A model generated the notes under the pieces. The model saw only the letters and a list, made by a program, of their open reading frames with translations. It did no database searches and had not been told where the DNA came from. From assembly GCA_964581455.1 (NCBI GenBank), contig CAZOOT010000001.1:2807-66806 (forward strand): DNA of 64,000 nt, given 5' to 3'. This document shows positions 59,678-64,000 of this stretch, in pieces. Source of the stretch: an uncultured Chitinophaga sp. GTDB lineage: Bacteria > Bacteroidota > Bacteroidia > Chitinophagales > Chitinophagaceae. The translations under genes were made by a program, and so were the position numbers. The stretch's first letter is position 1. The number at the start of each line of letters is the position of its first letter.

Positions 59678-59811
59678 TTTAATCTACACATAATATTCAG
59701 GTAAGATTAAATTAATAGTGGTTTCGCAATTTGCAGTAGTTCTTTTTTGGTCTTTATTCAGGCACCTGGATCTGTCACCGGGTTAGTAAGCATCCTTCTC
59801 ATGCAGTTTTG

Positions 59812-59842
59812 ACCGCACTGGCTTTTGCCGGTGCGGTTTTTT
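59812..59842 (+). terminator. Strong intrinsic terminator 17 nt upstream of the next start codon (end of a candidate sRNA or leader)
   Basis: 11-bp stem (ACCGCACTGGC/GCCGGTGCGGT, one G-U pair) with a TTTT loop, followed by five T. Confidence 0.7.
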
Positions 59843-59858
59843 AGTGATAATTTTAAAA

Positions 59859-60263
59859 ATGAAATATTTCATCCTGCTTCTTTTTTCAACAGTTATATTT
59901 TACAGTTGCAAACGATCAGCTATCAGACAAAGTTTTTCATCTGCCGACAGCCTGGTTATTCATTTTAAAAATGAACAGGCAGGTATGATCACAAAAACTA
60001 TACAGACAACCGATGCAAAAGCGATAAGCAGGATGATTGATTTCCTGGATGCTTCAGCAACTGAAAATTTCAAATGCGGCTATGATGGTAAAATGGTTTT
60101 TTACAGCAAAAAAAATAAGATTCAGGAAGTAGATTTTAAAATGAGTAATGAGGCCTGCAATCATTTTTCCTTTTTGCTGGAAGGAAAACTGGTAAATACT
60201 AAAATGAAAGCTGAAGCAGTTGATTTTTTAAAAGCACTGGAAAATGGAATGCCGTATTATTAA
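59859..60263 (+). CDS. Small hypothetical lipoprotein
   Basis: Lipobox VIFYSC after MKYFILLLFST. I recognise no motif. I prefer the ATG at 59859 to the GTG at 59844. Confidence 0.5.
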   Translation: MKYFILLLFSTVIFYSCKRSAIRQSFSSADSLVIHFKNEQAGMITKTIQTTDAKAISRMIDFLDASATENFKCGYDGKMVFYSKKNKIQEVDFKMSNEACNHFSFLLEGKLVNTKMKAEAVDFLKALENGMPYY

Positions 60264-60278
60264 TTACATTCTTCAACC

Positions 60279-61340
60279 TCAACCTCCTCCTCCTTCTCTC
60301 TTCGCTTCCAATGTAAATCCAACTGTTGTTCCAACCCCTTCAGTACTTCGGATATGAATAGATTGTTCGTGTGCTTCTATGATATGCTTGCAAATAGATA
60401 ATCCCAATCCGCTTCCTGTCAAATCCCGGTTTCTTCCTTCTTCAGTTCTGTAAAATCGTTCAAAGATTCTTTGCAAATGTTTTTCTTCAATACCCATCCC
60501 GTTATCACTTATTTCTACAAGTATTCTTTGGCCATCTGTATTATACATGCTTGCTACAATCTCACCAGCTTGTTTTCCGTACTTAATTGAATTTTCAATT
60601 AAATTTTGTAATACTTGTTTTATTTTATCACGGTCGGCAAAAACAAAAAGCGGCGCTTCACATCCTTTCTTAATGCTGAAACTCATTTGAATAGTTTCTG
60701 CAATCAATGAATTGCTTTCAAAAACCTCTTTAACAGTATCCTGTATTATAAAATTTGATTTATTTAACTTCAACTCGCCTCTTTCCAGTTTGGAGATCTC
60801 ATCAAGATCTGCAAGCAGGTGTGAAAGCCGTGCTACATTCTTTGAAGTATTTTCAAGAAATTTTTTATTGATCTCCGGTTTATTCATTCCCCCGGCCAAT
60901 AAACTTTCCACATAGCCCTGGATAGAAAATACGGGGGTTTTAAATTCGTGGGAAAGATTTTGAAGAAACTCTTTTCTGAACTGTTCATTTTTTTTCAGCA
61001 ACTCAATTTCTTTATTTGTTTTTTCAGCCCAGGCCTCTACATCCTCTCTTACTTCGTCAATGCTTTTTTTGGGAAGCACATATTTATAGTACATCTCTTC
61101 TTTTTTGGTAGCCTTTGTCTGGTAAATGAATTTATAAATGAGTTTGATTTTCCTGTAAATAAATTTTTCCAGTACGAAAGAGATCAGCAGGTAGCTTCCT
61201 CCAAGAACAATGATAAATGAAGCCAGTCCCCATAACCAACTTTGTTCAATAATAAAAATAAGTAAACCGATAGGGGTTGAAAGGGCCAATGCAGTAAGAA
61301 AAGAAAGCTGCTGCGGAGAAAGGTTTTTTGTTAAAAACAT
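60279..61340 (-). CDS. Sensor histidine kinase (two TM helices, no extracytoplasmic or PAS domain)
   Basis: H-box LSHEFKTP, N-box LIENSIKYG, G-boxes DNGMGI and GSGLGLSI. The N-terminus has two adjacent TM helices joined by about 4 residues. Confidence 0.9.
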   Translation of the reverse strand: MFLTKNLSPQQLSFLTALALSTPIGLLIFIIEQSWLWGLASFIIVLGGSYLLISFVLEKFIYRKIKLIYKFIYQTKATKKEEMYYKYVLPKKSIDEVREDVEAWAEKTNKEIELLKKNEQFRKEFLQNLSHEFKTPVFSIQGYVESLLAGGMNKPEINKKFLENTSKNVARLSHLLADLDEISKLERGELKLNKSNFIIQDTVKEVFESNSLIAETIQMSFSIKKGCEAPLFVFADRDKIKQVLQNLIENSIKYGKQAGEIVASMYNTDGQRILVEISDNGMGIEEKHLQRIFERFYRTEEGRNRDLTGSGLGLSICKHIIEAHEQSIHIRSTEGVGTTVGFTLEAKREGGGG

Positions 61341-61443
61341 ATTGCAAGATACTTGATACCAGAAATCAGGTATTGGATTTTAAAATAACATCATTATTTG
61401 TAAAATGAGACAGATAGCATCCGGCATCCAGTTCCCAGCCCCT

Positions 61444-62121
61444 CTACAACTCAAACTTATACCCCACACCCTTCACAGTTGTAATGCAATCTATTCCCAA
61501 TTTCTGACGGATCTTACGGATATGAACATCAATTGTCCGGTCGCCAACAATTACTTCCGATCCCCAAACCTGGTTCAGTATTTCATTTCTTAAAAAAACT
61601 CTTCCGGGAACTGAAGCCAGCATGTGCAAAAGTTCAAACTCCTTTTTGGCAAGAGAAATGTTTTTCTTTTTATACTGAACCATAAATTTTTGCGGATCTA
61701 TGGTAAGCCCTTCAATAGAAATGATGGATGAATCTGTATTTTTTATCCTGCGAAAAAGTGAATTTATTTTACTGATAAAAACTTTCGGGCTGATGGGTTT
61801 ACTGATATAATCATCTGCGCCGGTTTCTAAACCCTTTATTTGTGTTTCTTCATCACTTAAAGCAGTAAGAAAAAGTATCAATGTGTTTCTGAAAGAAGGC
61901 TGCATTCTCAGTAATTCACAAACTTCCACTCCGTTTTTTTTAGGCATCATGATATCAAGTACTATCAGGTCGGGATGTTCTTTTTTCGCCTTATCCAATG
62001 CTTCATCTCCATCCCTGGCTGTTAAAACATAATATCCTTCATTCTCCAGGTTATATTTGAGAATTTCCAGTATATCCGGCTCGTCATCAGCAATAAGAAT
62101 TTTTTTTGCCTGGGGATCCAT
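61444..62121 (-). CDS. OmpR/PhoB-family response regulator
   Basis: Receiver domain (ILIADDEPDILE, DLIVLDIMMP, LTAL..) and a winged-helix output domain (FELLHMLASVPGRVFLRNEIL..VDVHIRKIRQKL). Confidence 0.9.
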   Translation of the reverse strand: MDPQAKKILIADDEPDILEILKYNLENEGYYVLTARDGDEALDKAKKEHPDLIVLDIMMPKKNGVEVCELLRMQPSFRNTLILFLTALSDEETQIKGLETGADDYISKPISPKVFISKINSLFRRIKNTDSSIISIEGLTIDPQKFMVQYKKKNISLAKKEFELLHMLASVPGRVFLRNEILNQVWGSEVIVGDRTIDVHIRKIRQKLGIDCITTVKGVGYKFEL

Positions 62122-62139
62122 GCAGGTTTATTTAAGGCG

Positions 62140-62147
62140 CAAACCTA
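62140..62147 (-). promoter_or_regulatory. -7 box (TAggTTTG on the minus strand) upstream of the response regulator gene
   Basis: The plus-strand sequence CAAACCTA is 18 nt upstream of the ATG at 62121. Confidence 0.4.
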
Positions 62148-62315
62148 CATCAATTTGTTTTCGAGTTTTGGATTATCAGGCAGAAAACAAAGAGTTAATA
62201 AAAACTTAATACAAAGTTCAATTTATATTGATTTAATAAACACTTTTCTTTGCCCACCAAATTCAGATAATAATCATCAATAACAGAGTTTTTTAATGGT
62301 CTGATGAATTACAGT

Positions 62316-62323
62316 TAAATTTG
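62316..62323 (+). promoter_or_regulatory. -7 box (TAaaTTTG) upstream of the unlisted ORF
   Basis: Perfect TAnnTTTG match 13 nt upstream of the ATG at 62337. Confidence 0.4.
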
Positions 62324-62336
62324 TGATACCAATCTT

Positions 62337-64000
62337 ATGAATAAGATCAAACAATACTTCCTGACTTTATTTTTTTTCCTGTTTGTTTATCAGCTGCAGG
62401 CGCAAAAAGATCCTACACTGAATGCCAGCCTGAACCGTGCACTTTTTCATGATTATATTGACAAGGAGCAGCAGATTGCCTTAAAATCTGATGGAAAAGA
62501 TGACAAAGAATTCACTGTGTCAACCAATCCGGATATCAATATTCATGTTACTTCTGCATTGATTGGAAAAGTAAATGAACTTCAGAAAAAAATAGAACAT
62601 GATAGCCTCATCAGCGGACAAGGAAAGGTGCTTTATCTGCGCGGTATTGAAGGATTGCTAAAAGACATGAATGCAAACTGGCGTGCCAAAAGATTTGTAA
62701 TTACTTTTTTACCTGCCATGCTGGATGCTTATGAAAAATGTGTGGAACTGGATAACAAAAAAATGACAATTGAAAATATAATTGATCAATTGCATTATGA
62801 TGCAGCCAAACCCATTGTTTATTGTTCGGCATTCGATAATAACCCCGGATTTAAGACAGCTAAAAATATATTGGTCAGAAAATATTGCAGCCTCTATCCC
62901 GACCAGGTCTTCGCCACATTAAGAACTGCCATTTTGCAAATTCCGGATCTGCCATTTGCTGACAGCCTGATCAAAGTAGCCAGTTATAATTTTCCAAAAC
63001 AATTATATGATTATGCATCTGCCAATAATGAGTTGGGAAAAATGATCAGAAAAATTGATGACCCGCTTATTAAAGCAGTAAGTAAAATGGCTACCAGTAG
63101 CGGAAGCGGCCAGTTATATTTTCCTTTTTTAGATAATATTGTAAAAGGTAAAATGACACTGGAGGATATTGATGCAGTAAGAAACGATTCAATTGCGTAT
63201 TATAAACTGCTGGTAAAAACTCATCTTGACTATACGGCAAGAATCATCAATAAGGATACAGCATTTGGTTATGCTACTTTGAATGAGATGATGGGTAAAA
63301 AAGCCCGTGATGTTTTTGTAAATACAATTAATGGATTGCACGACCGCGACAATGTAACCCGATTCCGTATCATTCAATCGCTCAATGCAGCCGAACTGTA
63401 TTACCTCGCCGTTTTCAGTGATGGAATAATCTATACTTCCAGTTTTGTAAATGGAGTTTTTCCATTAATGATGAGCCGGGCTGATAATAAAGGCGATTCG
63501 GTACTGAAGCTGGTCATGTTTGATAAATACAGAAAATTTATCAAGATGTCAGCCGGGTATAATACCCTCAGTACTTTTCTTGCATCTTTTCCCAACCAGG
63601 AAAACGCCAACGACCTGATGCGGGCATTTGTAGGCGGACTTGAAAAATCCCCTACACTTGAAGACGGGGTAGATGTTGCAGATTCGTATGCGAGCATACA
63701 GGAAACAATAAAACCCTTAGCAGATGAAATGCTGATGAATGTGAATTTGAATTATAACCGCAATCTCTCCAGGAACAACAGGAAAGGGATTGTTATTTAT
63801 AATCTTTTACAAAAACTTTTTCTTTCTGCAGACTCAACAAAGAATATTGATCTTACCAGGGAGTTGGGAATACCCCCGGTATATAATGTCAACTATTCAA
63901 ACCTTTCTAACGAAAAAGGCGAGGTAGTTATGCAGGTGTTTTTTTATGGCGACAAAGACGGGCAGAATATTTTTTCGGGGTTTCAGAAAACTTTTGCTTC
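62337..64000 (+). CDS. Large secreted hypothetical protein, 3' end beyond the window (not in the ORF track)
   Basis: Manual translation from the ATG at 62337 gives MNKIKQYFLTLFFFLFVYQLQAQKDPT... It has a signal peptide and stays open for 554 codons to the window end. Only two short antisense ORFs are listed in this interval. Confidence 0.6.
   Translation, partial: MNKIKQYFLTLFFFLFVYQLQAQKDPTLNASLNRALFHDYIDKEQQIALKSDGKDDKEFTVSTNPDINIHVTSALIGKVNELQKKIEHDSLISGQGKVLYLRGIEGLLKDMNANWRAKRFVITFLPAMLDAYEKCVELDNKKMTIENIIDQLHYDAAKPIVYCSAFDNNPGFKTAKNILVRKYCSLYPDQVFATLRTAILQIPDLPFADSLIKVASYNFPKQLYDYASANNELGKMIRKIDDPLIKAVSKMATSSGSGQLYFPFLDNIVKGKMTLEDIDAVRNDSIAYYKLLVKTHLDYTARIINKDTAFGYATLNEMMGKKARDVFVNTINGLHDRDNVTRFRIIQSLNAAELYYLAVFSDGIIYTSSFVNGVFPLMMSRADNKGDSVLKLVMFDKYRKFIKMSAGYNTLSTFLASFPNQENANDLMRAFVGGLEKSPTLEDGVDVADSYASIQETIKPLADEMLMNVNLNYNRNLSRNNRKGIVIYNLLQKLFLSADSTKNIDLTRELGIPPVYNVNYSNLSNEKGEVVMQVFFYGDKDGQNIFSGFQKTFA

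Noticed and set aside
1-64000. Defence systems, prophage, integrative elements, toxin-antitoxin pairs and biosynthetic gene clusters.
   Set aside because: No nuclease/helicase/methylase-type defence architectures, integrases, transposases, phage structural genes or NRPS/PKS/RiPP enzymes are recognisable in any frame. The window reads as core chromosome.

Overview
This is an AT-rich chromosomal segment of a Bacteroidota bacterium, probably Chitinophagaceae/Sphingobacteriia-like. The evidence is two type IX secretion (T9SS) C-terminal sorting domains, TAnnTTTG -7 promoter boxes just upstream of many start codons, and the gene content. I call about 57 tightly packed protein-coding genes. Most are core housekeeping: gatB, recO, prfA, gcvH, serS, purD, kynA, mreB-mreC-mreD-mrdA-rodA, galE, a transketolase C-terminal subunit, two ECF sigma/anti-sigma modules and two POT peptide transporters. 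The track misses one 5'-complete ORF that runs off the right edge (62337..64000, +). I saw no rRNA, tRNA, CRISPR array, transposase, integrase, phage genes or recognisable defence genes. I therefore do not claim a clear-cut new multi-gene system. The best candidates are regulatory or uncharacterised. (1) A phosphate-type island at 52.0-62.1 kb holds PiT plus a DUF47 partner, an OprO/P-type porin, a TonB-dependent receptor with an unknown lipoprotein, and an OmpR-family two-component system. The receptor promoter carries six helically phased 11-bp RTWAYA repeats abutting a perfect -7 box. A weaker copy of that arrangement seems to drive a roughly 100-nt transcript ending at a strong terminator (candidate sRNA or attenuator). 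(2) A TonB receptor diverges from a split DUF4331 pair and a TPR protein, and the shared promoter carries a thrice-repeated TATATACGGG motif. (3) A DUF1800/DUF1501(Tat) pair. (4) A MITE-like element family with perfect 12-bp terminal inverted repeats, plus other structured intergenic modules. (5) A 0.6-kb gene-free spacer with an orphan terminator. All functional calls come from reading motifs by eye; no database search was run.
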